Assembly: GCA_002753495.1 (NCBI GenBank)
Contig: PEAJ01000001.1
Coordinates: 1-57,868 of the forward strand
Source: Magnetococcales bacterium HA3dbin3
Lineage (GTDB): Bacteria; Pseudomonadota; Magnetococcia; Magnetococcales; DC0425bin3
Length of the DNA stretch: 57,868 bases
Direction: 5' to 3'
Part shown: positions 29,289 through 39,398 of the stretch, in pieces
How the letters are laid out: each line of letters begins with the position of its first letter
Numbering within the stretch: the stretch's first letter is position 1
The notes under the pieces: generated by a model
What the model was told of the DNA's origin: nothing
Seen by the model: the letters and a program-made list of their open reading frames with translations, nothing else
The model's database searches: none
Made by a program: the position numbers and the translations under genes

Positions 29289-30611
29289 TTAACCGGCGAT
29301 ATCGTGCCGCAGACGACAATCCAGACTCAGGCGATGCGCGGTCAAGCCCTCGCCTGTTGCCAGGCGCGCCGCTGCCGGTCCGATGCTGGCAAACGATGCG
29401 GCCGTGCCACCGATCAGGCTGCTGCGCTTGATGAAGTCGAACACCCCCAGCGGGCTGGAAAAGCGTGCCGTGCCGCTGGTCGGCAGGACGTGGCTGGGGC
29501 CGGCAACGTAGTCTCCGATTGCTTCCGGGGTATGGCGTCCAAGAAAGATTGCGCCGGCATCACCAATACGGGGAAGCAACCCTTCCGGATCGGCCACTGC
29601 CAGCTCCAGGTGTTCGGGGGCAATCTCCGTTGCCAGGGTGCATGCTTCGTCTAGATCCCGAACGACGATGATCGCTCCGCGCTCGGCCAGGGATTGTCGG
29701 CAGATGGCGTGGCGTTCCAGGTGGGCCAGGTGCGCCTGCAGGGCGCCATCGACGGCATCGGCGAGGTCGGGGGCATCGGTCAGCAGAATGGCCTGAGCGG
29801 AGGCATCGTGCTCGGCCTGGGAGAGCAGATCCGCCGCCAGCCAGGCGGGGTCGTTCTCCCGGTCGGCGATAATCAGGATCTCCGAGGGGCCGGCGATCAT
29901 GTCGATCCCCACCTGCCCATACAGCTGACGCTTGGCGGTGGCGACGTAGATGTTGCCCGGACCGACGATCTTGTCCACCGCCGGGATGGTCGCCGTGCCG
30001 CAGGCCAAGGCGGCAATCGCTTGGGCACCGCCGATGCGAAAAATTTGCCCGATTCCGGCCAGGCGCGCGGCCATCAGCAGCATCGGGTTGACCACGCCAT
30101 CCGGCGTTGGCACGACCATGGCCAGATCCGTCACCCCGGCCACGCGCGCCGGGATTGCGTTCATGAGCACGGTCGATGGGTAGCTTGCCAGGCCACCGGG
30201 TACGTACAAACCGACGCGACGCATCGGCGTCAGGCGTTGTCCGAGCAAGGTGCCGGTGGCGTCGCGAAAGGTGTGCACGCCCATCGCCGGCATTTGCCAA
30301 CGGTGATAGTGTTCGATGCGTTTGGCGGCCAGCTCCAGGGCCGCTCGATCCGCGGCCGTGGTCTGGTTGGTGAGGTGGTCAATCTCGGTCGGTGAAAAGG
30401 CCAACGTGGTTGGCGTGAGGTTGATGCGGTCGAAGCGGCGGGTGTAATCGATCAGCGCCTGGTCACCCTGCCGGCGCACGGCGGCGATGATCTCCGCAAC
30501 CGTCTGCTCGATTGCCGCCATGCTGTCGCTTTCCCAGCGCAGCAGTCGGGTGAAGGTTTCCCGAAAGCCAGGATCCCGCGTGTGCAAGCGGCGAATGACA
30601 GACCCGCTCAT
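29289..30611 (-). CDS. hisD: histidinol dehydrogenase
   Basis: ORF 29289..30671, from ATG 30611 (MSGSVIRRL). [40 protein letters not shown] and [19 protein letters not shown] motifs. Confidence 0.93.
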   Translation of the reverse strand: MSGSVIRRLHTRDPGFRETFTRLLRWESDSMAAIEQTVAEIIAAVRRQGDQALIDYTRRFDRINLTPTTLAFSPTEIDHLTNQTTAADRAALELAAKRIEHYHRWQMPAMGVHTFRDATGTLLGQRLTPMRRVGLYVPGGLASYPSTVLMNAIPARVAGVTDLAMVVPTPDGVVNPMLLMAARLAGIGQIFRIGGAQAIAALACGTATIPAVDKIVGPGNIYVATAKRQLYGQVGIDMIAGPSEILIIADRENDPAWLAADLLSQAEHDASAQAILLTDAPDLADAVDGALQAHLAHLERHAICRQSLAERGAIIVVRDLDEACTLATEIAPEHLELAVADPEGLLPRIGDAGAIFLGRHTPEAIGDYVAGPSHVLPTSGTARFSSPLGVFDFIKRSSLIGGTAASFASIGPAAARLATGEGLTAHRLSLDCRLRHDIAG

Positions 30612-30701
30612 GCTTCTTGCCTCCCTCCCAACCGTGGTCGAGGCACGAGATGACACACCGACACGGCACATAAAGTCGTGATTTTGATCGTCCGTCTGAC
30701 C

Positions 30702-32509
<1,808 letters not shown>

Positions 32510-32534
32510 TTTTGATTTTACAGGGTTTTCTCTT

Positions 32535-32571
32535 CCGAAAGACCGCCTGCCGCGGCGGTCTTTCGGCGTTT
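32535..32571 (+). terminator. stem-loop terminator after ssrA
   Basis: Perfect 13-bp stem CCGAAAGACCGCC (32535-32547) / GGCGGTCTTTCGG (32554-32566) with a 6-nt loop. The following T-tract is short (cgTTT), so it is only moderately canonical. Confidence 0.55.
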
Positions 32572-32705
32572 AAAAACCCCAATGTTTCCAATGGTTAGTC
32601 ATGACGCTCTTCCCGGGTATCTCCCGAAACCGGACGCCTCTCTCCCCCGCCACCGTCCTTTCTCTTCTCTCTCCCCGCACATTCTCCCCGACCTGTTGAC
32701 TTCGA

Positions 32706-32770
32706 GGCGGGAAGTACGGATTTTCCGTACGTCACTTTTCCATTGAAAAACAATGGGGCGGGAAGTACGG
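32706..32770 (+). repeat. 14-bp perfect direct repeat GGCGGGAAGTACGG (32706-32719 and 32757-32770) flanking two palindromes
   Basis: Read directly from the sequence. Between the repeat copies lie GTACGGA-ttt-TCCGTAC (32714-32730) and CATTG-aaaaa-CAATG (32741-32755). Further GTACG-containing words occur at about 32774-32782 and 32823-32831. Confidence 0.8.
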
Positions 32771-32937
32771 GGTGGGCGTACCTTTTCGATGGCTGGGTTG
32801 GGTGGCGTGGGGGAAGGGAAAAGGGGTACGGGGCAGTGGATGAATTTCGCTGGGTGCCCTTGGTTACCGGTGTTCTGCCATTTCAAATCAACGCACTACG
32901 GTCAATCTTGACGTAAGTCCTTCCTTGGGGGTGGATA

Positions 32938-35900
32938 TTGGCCATTGAAGTTTTCATCTCCTATGCCCATGAGGACAAGAACTTCCGCAAGGCACTCAAT
33001 AACCAGTTGATGCCCCTAAAGCGCGTAGGCTTGGTGTCAGTCTGGCATGACCGCATGATCGCTGCTGGCACAGAATGGGAAAGCCAGATTGATGCGGCAC
33101 TGGAACGCTGCCAGATCGTTCTCCTCCTGGTTAGCCCTAACTTTTTTGCCTCAGATTATTGCTACGGCAAAGAGGCCAAACGGGCACTGGAGCGTCACCA
33201 TGCGGGCGAGGCCAGAGTGATTCCGGTAATCCTGAAGCCTTGCGAATGGCAGATTGATCCCCTCGCTAAACTCCAGGCCTTACCTGAGGACGGCAAGGCG
33301 GTGACCAGTTGGAAAACCCACGACCATGCGTGGGTACAGGTCGCCAAGGCTATCAGGGAAATTGCCACCGAGGGCAGTAAACTTGGCTCCATTTCAAAAT
33401 CCGAGCAATTACTTGAAGAAAGGTGGACTCATTGCCAGGCTGGTGTGTCCGAAAAAGCTGTTGAATGTGCCGAAGAAGCCGCTCGAATCGCCCGCCATGA
33501 GAGTGACAAAAAGACCTTGGTACGGGCACTTCGAAGCGCGGCAAGAGATCTTGGCGATCTCCTGATTTTAGAACGACCTGATGAGTTTGATGCAAAGAAA
33601 ATCACCACCCGTATCGCGTCCCATCTCTCTGAACTCGAAACCTTGGACATTCCGGAGGCGGAACTTTATTTGGAAAAAGCCTTATTCGCTCGACTGGATA
33701 AAAGAGCGAGTGATGCTCTGAAATATGCGGAAGAAGCTGAAACGAAGACGGATAATCCAGAGACGGCAGCCCAGGCACTCTTGGTCCAGCTTCAAGCCTT
33801 TTGGCAATTGAAAACTCCCGAAGCTGGCCTGGCACTGCAAGAACGCATTTCCTCTGTGATGGAGAAAATTGAAAAGGGAAATGCAGGGCTTGTGCTTCAT
33901 GCCAGTTGGCTGCGGACGCTTTGCAAGGCAGCAAAAAGCAACGACGAGGATATTCGGAAGTTCATTGCCCTTGTTCAGGGACTAATTACTGATGGACAAG
34001 AGACCACTGCTCATGCCCTCATTGTAGTCGATGAAGTCGTCTCGGAATTCGGTCGGGCGAACGAATTAGAACGTGTACGATCCCTTCTGAAATTGGCACT
34101 GGAATTAGCACTGTCCATGCGGGAGCCGATGCGCACGGCCACCATCGCTATCCAAACCGCCGAAGTTGAGGCCGAACTGGGTGACGAACTTGAGGCAAGG
34201 AAGCATCTTGGAATCGCGGACAAATGGATCGATACCCTGAAATCCAACGGGGATAAGAAGACATGGTGCCATCGCAAGGCAACGGCTTTGGCCACAAGAG
34301 GAAGGATTGAATCAAGGCTGGCAAGAAAGATTGAAGAATCAGATTATGGACGCTCTCTTCAGCACCGAAGGGCGGCGCACGAATTTTTGAAACAAGCCTT
34401 GGTGTTCATTGATACCCATGAAGCTGATCTGGTCGGAGACTTCGGCCCATTCCGTGCCGATTTATGCCTCCAGTTGGGAAAAGCGGCTTTGGCTTTGGGG
34501 CAACGCCTGGAAGCCGCAGACCATTTCCAACAGGCCAGAACGCATCAGGTCATGGCCGATGAGAGGTTTCAGGAGATCGCTGTCGAGGCATCCATGCGCG
34601 AGGCCGACGCTTTGCTGTTTGGAGGGAAACCCGATGAAGCCAGGACACTTCTGGAAGAAATGGTTGATGCGCCCTGGACCACGGAACGTGTGCGGAATGA
34701 TGTCATAAGGAATATCGGCTGGATTGATGAACACGTTCTTTCTGTTAAGGAATGGATCAAATCAGAAGCTGCTGATAGAATCCGCAACAGTGTCGGCTCG
34801 AATCCTGAAGAACTTCGTCACGTTGTCGCCGAGCAAACTCGCCCCCTTGTCGAATGGTTTCGGGAGTTTCCACCAAAGAAGGGTGCGGGGCACGCTTACT
34901 CGGAACTGTTCGACATATGGGGAAGGGGGGGCTTTAGCCGCATTGTTGCAGCGGCGCAGGGCTATCCCCTCGATTCCATTTCGGTCGATGCCACATGTGT
35001 AGCCGATATCCGTATGTGGGCCAGAGTCTTCTGCCCACTTTACGATACGGTGATCATTAACTGGAAGGGGCCAATGGAAGATGGGCTCGCTCTTGTCCCC
35101 ATGCCGGACAATTTGGGACCACCCGGCGAGTTTGGCGGGCAAGGGTATATCCGGACAAGTGATATGCTGAAAGGAAAGGATGGCTGGCACGTAGCCTGCG
35201 GATGGGGCAACTTTCTTCCCAAAGACGTTTCCGAGTTCCTGGCTACGGAGGCACTTCCTCTCTTCCGCTCCGGTCGGCTTGTCCTTCTTCCCGCCCCCCT
35301 GATAGGTTGTACCCAAAGTGCCATCGGTTGGACGGACAACTTGTTCGTCGACACTTTGCTGGGTGGTGTTGTGAAGACTGCTGGCATGGGGGCGGGAGAC
35401 ATGAGCCCCTCGTCAAGGAAAGCAAAAACCTCCCGTCTTCTTGACCTGAGCGTTGTCAGCCTGCCCTACTTTGATAATGTGCCGTTGAGCATACTCGACC
35501 AAGTCCTGAATGAGATGGTCGAAGGGCTCTTGCCCCTTCGCCGTCTCGTGCAAGAGACTTTGGGAAGCCGCCATCTGCGTGAGGAACGATGGGATGGTCT
35601 GCGCTTCCATTTTACCGACATCCGCGATGCGTTTCGCCAGTTGGATGAACGATACCGAGCCATGGCCGCATCGCGACCGGAAGGGGCAGAATGGCGCATT
35701 TCTGATTTGACGGGAGCCTTCTCGGCTGCTGAGCGACCAAAAGATACCCCGGGTTTAGATCCGATGACTGACCTGCTGCGGTCGATCGCCGGAAGCAAAC
35801 CTGACCTTGGTCCATGGATTCCATTCTGGCGTCTTCGGGAAGCTGGTGGTCAGCTTAATTGGACAAAACCTCTCGATAACCGGAGCGAGCCTCCTGACGA

Positions 35901-35994
35901 GGAGGCGAGACGTCGTGGCTTCTCAAATATTTCCCAGGGGTGGCTTTTCCCAGGGGATGGTGGGCCTGGAATGGCAAGTGCGTTTACGTTCTGA
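32938..35994 (+). CDS. TIR-domain protein with long helical (TPR-like) repeat region and uncharacterised C-terminal domain
   Basis: TTG start preceded by GGGGGTGGA. N-terminus: EVFISYAHEDKNF...CQIVLLLVSPNFFASDYCYGKEAKRALE...VIPVILKPCEW, a TIR fold signature with the putative catalytic Glu at E79. Residues about 150-640 are helical and Leu/Ala/Glu-rich. Residues about 640-1018 are unassigned. I found no Walker A motif. Confidence 0.85.
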   Translation: MAIEVFISYAHEDKNFRKALNNQLMPLKRVGLVSVWHDRMIAAGTEWESQIDAALERCQIVLLLVSPNFFASDYCYGKEAKRALERHHAGEARVIPVILKPCEWQIDPLAKLQALPEDGKAVTSWKTHDHAWVQVAKAIREIATEGSKLGSISKSEQLLEERWTHCQAGVSEKAVECAEEAARIARHESDKKTLVRALRSAARDLGDLLILERPDEFDAKKITTRIASHLSELETLDIPEAELYLEKALFARLDKRASDALKYAEEAETKTDNPETAAQALLVQLQAFWQLKTPEAGLALQERISSVMEKIEKGNAGLVLHASWLRTLCKAAKSNDEDIRKFIALVQGLITDGQETTAHALIVVDEVVSEFGRANELERVRSLLKLALELALSMREPMRTATIAIQTAEVEAELGDELEARKHLGIADKWIDTLKSNGDKKTWCHRKATALATRGRIESRLARKIEESDYGRSLQHRRAAHEFLKQALVFIDTHEADLVGDFGPFRADLCLQLGKAALALGQRLEAADHFQQARTHQVMADERFQEIAVEASMREADALLFGGKPDEARTLLEEMVDAPWTTERVRNDVIRNIGWIDEHVLSVKEWIKSEAADRIRNSVGSNPEELRHVVAEQTRPLVEWFREFPPKKGAGHAYSELFDIWGRGGFSRIVAAAQGYPLDSISVDATCVADIRMWARVFCPLYDTVIINWKGPMEDGLALVPMPDNLGPPGEFGGQGYIRTSDMLKGKDGWHVACGWGNFLPKDVSEFLATEALPLFRSGRLVLLPAPLIGCTQSAIGWTDNLFVDTLLGGVVKTAGMGAGDMSPSSRKAKTSRLLDLSVVSLPYFDNVPLSILDQVLNEMVEGLLPLRRLVQETLGSRHLREERWDGLRFHFTDIRDAFRQLDERYRAMAASRPEGAEWRISDLTGAFSAAERPKDTPGLDPMTDLLRSIAGSKPDLGPWIPFWRLREAGGQLNWTKPLDNRSEPPDEEARRRGFSNISQGWLFPGDGGPGMASAFTF

Positions 35995-36068
35995 GTGGCT
36001 TCGCCGCAGCGTAGGGGATCTCCAGCACCCAGCAGATCCACAGAGATCACCCACCGAGTCAGTCAGCA

Positions 36069-36800
36069 ATGGCTGATAGGGACTCGGAACAGAAATGGAT
36101 CATCGGGGCCGCTGATCGCCTTCACGCATCTCTTCAAGGAGACCTTTCCCTTGAAGAGTGCAGAAGCCGAATTCGGGATATACTCAAAAGTGTGCCCGTT
36201 CCTCCAGGATGGCTCTTGAAAGAAGTGGTGGAAAGGTGGGCTGAAAAGGGCGGCGTGGACCCTGTGATCATGTTCATGGTCGAGAACTACTATCTGACCT
36301 TTCATCCGGGTCGGGGAGTTCGCCAATCCATGCGGGGCACCACACCCAACGGAAAATTGTCCGCTGAACTCAACCGCAAAGTGGTTTTACAACTCAACCG
36401 GGGTCGGGGCGATCTTTATGAAAAAGGCTACGGGGCCAACTTTGTCGTCCATGCCCTGGAAAACCGATTTCCTGGGAAGCCAGTCAGGGTTCAGGAGGAG
36501 GTCAGAGTCATCACGGTTCCCAATAGGAACGGCAGGACGTGTCGGCGTCGCTATGATATCTTTGCCCAAGTAACTGACCGAAATATCGGGGTGGAAATCA
36601 AATCAGGCCGTATCTACCGCTCCCGTTTCATCCGGGAGCAGATCGCCAAGGATGCGGCTCTGTTGAAGAGTTCAGCCATTGATGAATGTTACCGGCTTCT
36701 GTTTCGTGGTGCCTCCGGCGGGGTGCTCGGCTCCCTGGAACGGGCGGGCATTTCTTTTTTCGATTTTGCTTTCGATGTGGAAAATGAACTGACCCCGTAG
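36069..36800 (+). CDS. hypothetical protein with PD-(D/E)xK nuclease-like motif
   Basis: 243 aa, same strand, 74 nt after the TIR gene. E131 (HALEN), D163 (RRYDIFAQV) and E176-I-K178 (IGVEIKSG) have the spacing of a restriction-endonuclease-like core. There is no obvious SD before ATG 36069, so the start is uncertain. Confidence 0.6.
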   Translation: MADRDSEQKWIIGAADRLHASLQGDLSLEECRSRIRDILKSVPVPPGWLLKEVVERWAEKGGVDPVIMFMVENYYLTFHPGRGVRQSMRGTTPNGKLSAELNRKVVLQLNRGRGDLYEKGYGANFVVHALENRFPGKPVRVQEEVRVITVPNRNGRTCRRRYDIFAQVTDRNIGVEIKSGRIYRSRFIREQIAKDAALLKSSAIDECYRLLFRGASGGVLGSLERAGISFFDFAFDVENELTP

Positions 36801-36909
36801 AATTCAGGGGACACGTGCGCCGTGACAAATCGCAATTTCTCAGCGGGTGAGATTCCCCCCCCCCGGCAACTATCGTTCCAGCCGGTAGCAACAGCGGGTA
36901 TGGGCTGAT

Positions 36910-37323
36910 TCATGTCTTACCTTCAAACCTCCACTTCTCCCTCTGCTCGCTCCACACCATGGGAAACGGTTCCATGAGGTCAGCCAGGGTGAGAGTTGCC
37001 GGTTGCCGCCCGTCCAGGATGGCCTCCACGATGTCCGGAGCCAGCAGGGTCAGGCGCAGGATGCGGGAGATGTAGGAGTCGTTGAGTTTCTCCTGTTCCG
37101 CCAGCTCCGTCATGGTGGAGACCTTGCCCGACTCCAGCATTCTCAACCACCGGTGGGCGCGGCCCAGGGCCTTGAGCATGGCCTGATGGGGCGATGGCGG
37201 GGGTGGCGCCCATTCGGGAGCGCCGGGAGGGGCGATGATCTCCGTTTTTCCGCCCCAGGTCTTGAGGCGCATGGGAATGCGCACGATCAGGGTCTGGCCG
37301 TCTTCGCTCAAGGTCGCTTTCAT
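36910..37323 (-). CDS. recombinase-associated small protein (HTH-like C-terminus)
   Basis: 137 aa. The start overlaps the recombinase stop (ATGA). ELAEQEKLNDSYISRILRLTLLAPDIVEAILDG is a block I recall from genes next to serine recombinases in integrative elements. Confidence 0.6.
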   Translation of the reverse strand: MKATLSEDGQTLIVRIPMRLKTWGGKTEIIAPPGAPEWAPPPPSPHQAMLKALGRAHRWLRMLESGKVSTMTELAEQEKLNDSYISRILRLTLLAPDIVEAILDGRQPATLTLADLMEPFPMVWSEQREKWRFEGKT

Positions 37324-38645
37324 GTCACGTGCCTCCCCTCGCCATCACCCTGCTCCAGTTCCGCCAGCAGGCTCTTCAAGCCACCAGCCCGCAAATGCAC
37401 CTCCACCCCCTGACCGCTCACCTCTACCCGCCCCACCAGCAATTGCAGCAACCGCGCCTGCTCCAGGGGAAAAAGTTCGTCCCACAGGGTTTCCAGATTG
37501 CGCAGGGACTCCATCACCTTGCGCTCCGGCGCCCCGCCTTCTTCCCCGTCCATGGCCTGGAAGGTCCGAACCATCACCTCCGGCGTGCGCAGGAGTCCAC
37601 GCACCTGTTCGAAGGCCACCCGCTCCACCTCTCCGGCAGCCACGGTGCGCAGAGGGCAGGTTTCCCGACCGTTCTTGTCCGCGCCTTGGCAGGTGTAGTA
37701 GCGATAGAGCTTGCCACCCTTGCGGGTGAAACTGGGCCGCATGGCCCGGTCGCAATGGCGGCAGCGGATGATCCCCTTGAGCGGCGCGGGGGTCTGCACC
37801 CGGGCCGGGCCCGGACGCTGGCGGTTGTTGCTCTCCAGGATGGCGTGGACCCGCTCCCACAACTCCCGGTCGATGATCCCCTGGTGCTCCCCGGCGTAGA
37901 TCTCGCCATGGTAGGCGACCTCGCCCAGGTAGAGCCGGTTGTTGAGCATCCGGTAGATCGCCCCCTTGTCCAGGGGCTTGCCGGATTTGCCCGTGGCTTC
38001 CGCCTCGGCCAGCTCCTTGACCAGCAGGGTGGCGGAACCGATCTCCGCGAACCGGAGGAAGAGCTGGCGCACCGTCCCGGCCTCGGCGGCGTTGACCACC
38101 AGCTTGCGTTCCCGAACGTCGTAGCCCAGGGGCGGATGGCCGCCCATCCACATCCCCTTGCGCTTCGACGCCGCGAACTTGTCCCGGATGCGCTCTGCCG
38201 AAAGCTCTCTTTCGAATTGCGAGAACGAGAGCAGGATGTTCAGCGTCAGCCGCCCCATGGAGGTGGTGGTATTGAAAGACTGGGTGACGCTGACGAAGGT
38301 GACGCCGTGCCGCTCGAAGACCTCCACCAGCTTGCCGAAATCCATCAGGGAGCGGGTCAGCCGGTCGATCTTGTAGACCACCACCACGTTGACCTTGCCC
38401 TTTTCAATATCGTCCATCAGCCGTTTCAAAGCGGGCCGTTCCAGGTTGCCGCCGGAGAAGCCGCCGTCGTCGTAGCGGTCGGGCACCAGGAACCAACCCT
38501 CGCCCTTCTGGCTGACGATGTAGGCTTCGCAGGATTCCCGCTGGGCGTCGAGGCTGTTGAACTCCATGTCCAATCCCTCGTCGGTGGATTTCCGGGTGTA
38601 GACGGCGCACCGCACCTTGGGCGTCACCGGTTTTCTGGCGTTCAT
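37320..38645 (-). CDS. large serine recombinase (resolvase/invertase N-terminal domain plus recombinase domain plus zinc ribbon)
   Basis: ORF 37320..39014, from ATG 38645. RCAVYTRKSTDEGLDMEFNSLDAQRE (catalytic Ser region), DRLTRS, and a CRHCDRAM...YYTC Zn-ribbon-like block. The start overlaps the DUF2924 stop (ATGA). Confidence 0.9.
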   Translation of the reverse strand: MNARKPVTPKVRCAVYTRKSTDEGLDMEFNSLDAQRESCEAYIVSQKGEGWFLVPDRYDDGGFSGGNLERPALKRLMDDIEKGKVNVVVVYKIDRLTRSLMDFGKLVEVFERHGVTFVSVTQSFNTTTSMGRLTLNILLSFSQFERELSAERIRDKFAASKRKGMWMGGHPPLGYDVRERKLVVNAAEAGTVRQLFLRFAEIGSATLLVKELAEAEATGKSGKPLDKGAIYRMLNNRLYLGEVAYHGEIYAGEHQGIIDRELWERVHAILESNNRQRPGPARVQTPAPLKGIIRCRHCDRAMRPSFTRKGGKLYRYYTCQGADKNGRETCPLRTVAAGEVERVAFEQVRGLLRTPEVMVRTFQAMDGEEGGAPERKVMESLRNLETLWDELFPLEQARLLQLLVGRVEVSGQGVEVHLRAGGLKSLLAELEQGDGEGRHVT

Positions 38646-39082
38646 GCCTTGTCTCCCTGTTTCTTGAGCGCGAAAAAGACCAGGCCGTTCCATTTGGTGC
38701 CGGTGATGGCGGTGGCCACCGCTGACAGGCTCCCGAACCGCCGCCCCTGGTATTCGAAACCGTCGTCCAGCACAGTGCAGCAGTGCTCCACCCCCTTCCA
38801 CTCCCGCACCAGCCGGGTGCCGGGCAGCAACCGCTCTCCCGGAGGCCGTTTCTTCTCCGGCGGGGCCTCCTCTTCGGCGGCCAGCCGCTCCAGCCGTTTC
38901 TCGCTCCTTTCCGACAGGCCGCCGTGGGCCAGTTCCTGGATGCGGTAGGCCAGCCTCTTCACCAGGAAAGCCTTGTTGTACGGCGGCGGCTCCGACTGGC
39001 ACAGCTCCTTCCACATCTTCTTCAATTCGGCGGCGGACATCCCCGGCAGGGCCGCCACCCGTTGCAACGTGTCACTCCTCAT
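38642..39082 (-). CDS. DUF2924-family protein (serine-recombinase partner)
   Basis: 146 aa. LPGMSAAELKKMWKELCQSEPPPYNKAFLVKRLAYRIQELAHGGL...PGTRLVREWKGVEHCCTVLDDGFEYQGRRFGSLSAVATAITGTKWNG matches DUF2924 from memory. Confidence 0.8.
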   Translation of the reverse strand: MRSDTLQRVAALPGMSAAELKKMWKELCQSEPPPYNKAFLVKRLAYRIQELAHGGLSERSEKRLERLAAEEEAPPEKKRPPGERLLPGTRLVREWKGVEHCCTVLDDGFEYQGRRFGSLSAVATAITGTKWNGLVFFALKKQGDKA

Positions 39083-39264
39083 GCCCTTTCTCCCGTTCGG
39101 TTGGTTTTTTGGACATAAGGGCGGGTTCCTGGCGACTTATCCAGCGGAATTTTCTCGGTTTCCAGCTTTTTCAGGAGGCGTCGGACACCGGTGGCAAGGA
39201 TGGCGGCCACCTCGTCCAGGCGTTCCTCGGCGGTCATGCGGGCGGGGTCGGTGAGAGTGATCAT
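39079..39264 (-). CDS. small hypothetical protein, first gene of the recombinase operon
   Basis: 61 aa. Its stop overlaps the DUF2924 start by 4 nt. No recognised family. Confidence 0.5.
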   Translation of the reverse strand: MITLTDPARMTAEERLDEVAAILATGVRRLLKKLETEKIPLDKSPGTRPYVQKTNRTGERA

Positions 39265-39359
39265 CGGGTCGTGGCTCCGGTGCTGGGGACGAACACGGCC
39301 AGAATTAGGCCATTTCCCTATACATACCGGCGATCCGCAAAAACCGTCTCACGAAAGGA

Positions 39360-39388
39360 TGGACAAGCGAAAATCTCTCGTTTATGAT
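39360..39388 (+). promoter_or_regulatory. sigma70-like promoter for the XRE/ImmA operon
   Basis: TGGACA (39360-39365), a 17-nt spacer, then TATGAT (39383-39388), in the divergent intergenic region. The predicted transcription start near 39395 would make an mRNA starting at ATG 39399 nearly leaderless. Confidence 0.45.
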
Positions 39389-39398
39389 GTTCTAAACA

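Larger units (their letters stand above)
32510..36909. mobile_element. lower-GC accessory islet abutting the ssrA 3' end, carrying the TIR cassette; boundaries approximate
   Basis: Hand tallies of 60-nt lines inside it give about 42-57% GC (lines at 33001, 33601, 33661, 36361), against about 67-70% in murA (31501) and the recombinase (38001). ssrA 3' ends are classical island integration sites. I saw no flanking direct repeat. Confidence 0.5.

Noticed and set aside
30612-30701. murA is followed directly by hisD with no hisG between them; I considered a gene-loss scar or regulatory element.
   Set aside because: The 90-nt gap shows no repeat, pseudogene remnant or obvious structure. hisG can be encoded elsewhere, so there is not enough evidence to flag it.
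32599-32886. 95-aa minus-strand ORF in the ssrA-TIR spacer.
   Set aside because: The composition is biased (Pro/Arg/Ser/Gly-rich). It spans the repeat/palindrome cluster and the C/T-rich tract at about 32640-32690. No RBS or start context supports it, so I treat it as non-coding regulatory DNA.
32938-35994. I looked for a STAND/NACHT/AAA P-loop (GxxxxGK[ST]) or other NTPase in the TIR protein, which would make it an Avs/bNACHT-type TIR-NLR.
   Set aside because: I found no Walker A or Walker B-like motif reading the translation. The middle region looks purely helical-repeat, so I do not call it an NLR/STAND protein. A profile search should confirm this.
36801-36909. I looked here and across the rest of the window for a duplicated ssrA 3' segment (…GGTTCAATTCCCGGCACCTCCACCA) that would mark an attR or island end.
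   Set aside because: I saw no convincing copy by eye; only a trivial 9-nt GGTTCAATT match at about 40547-40555. The element runs off the right edge, so the far att site is probably outside the window. This cannot be decided here.
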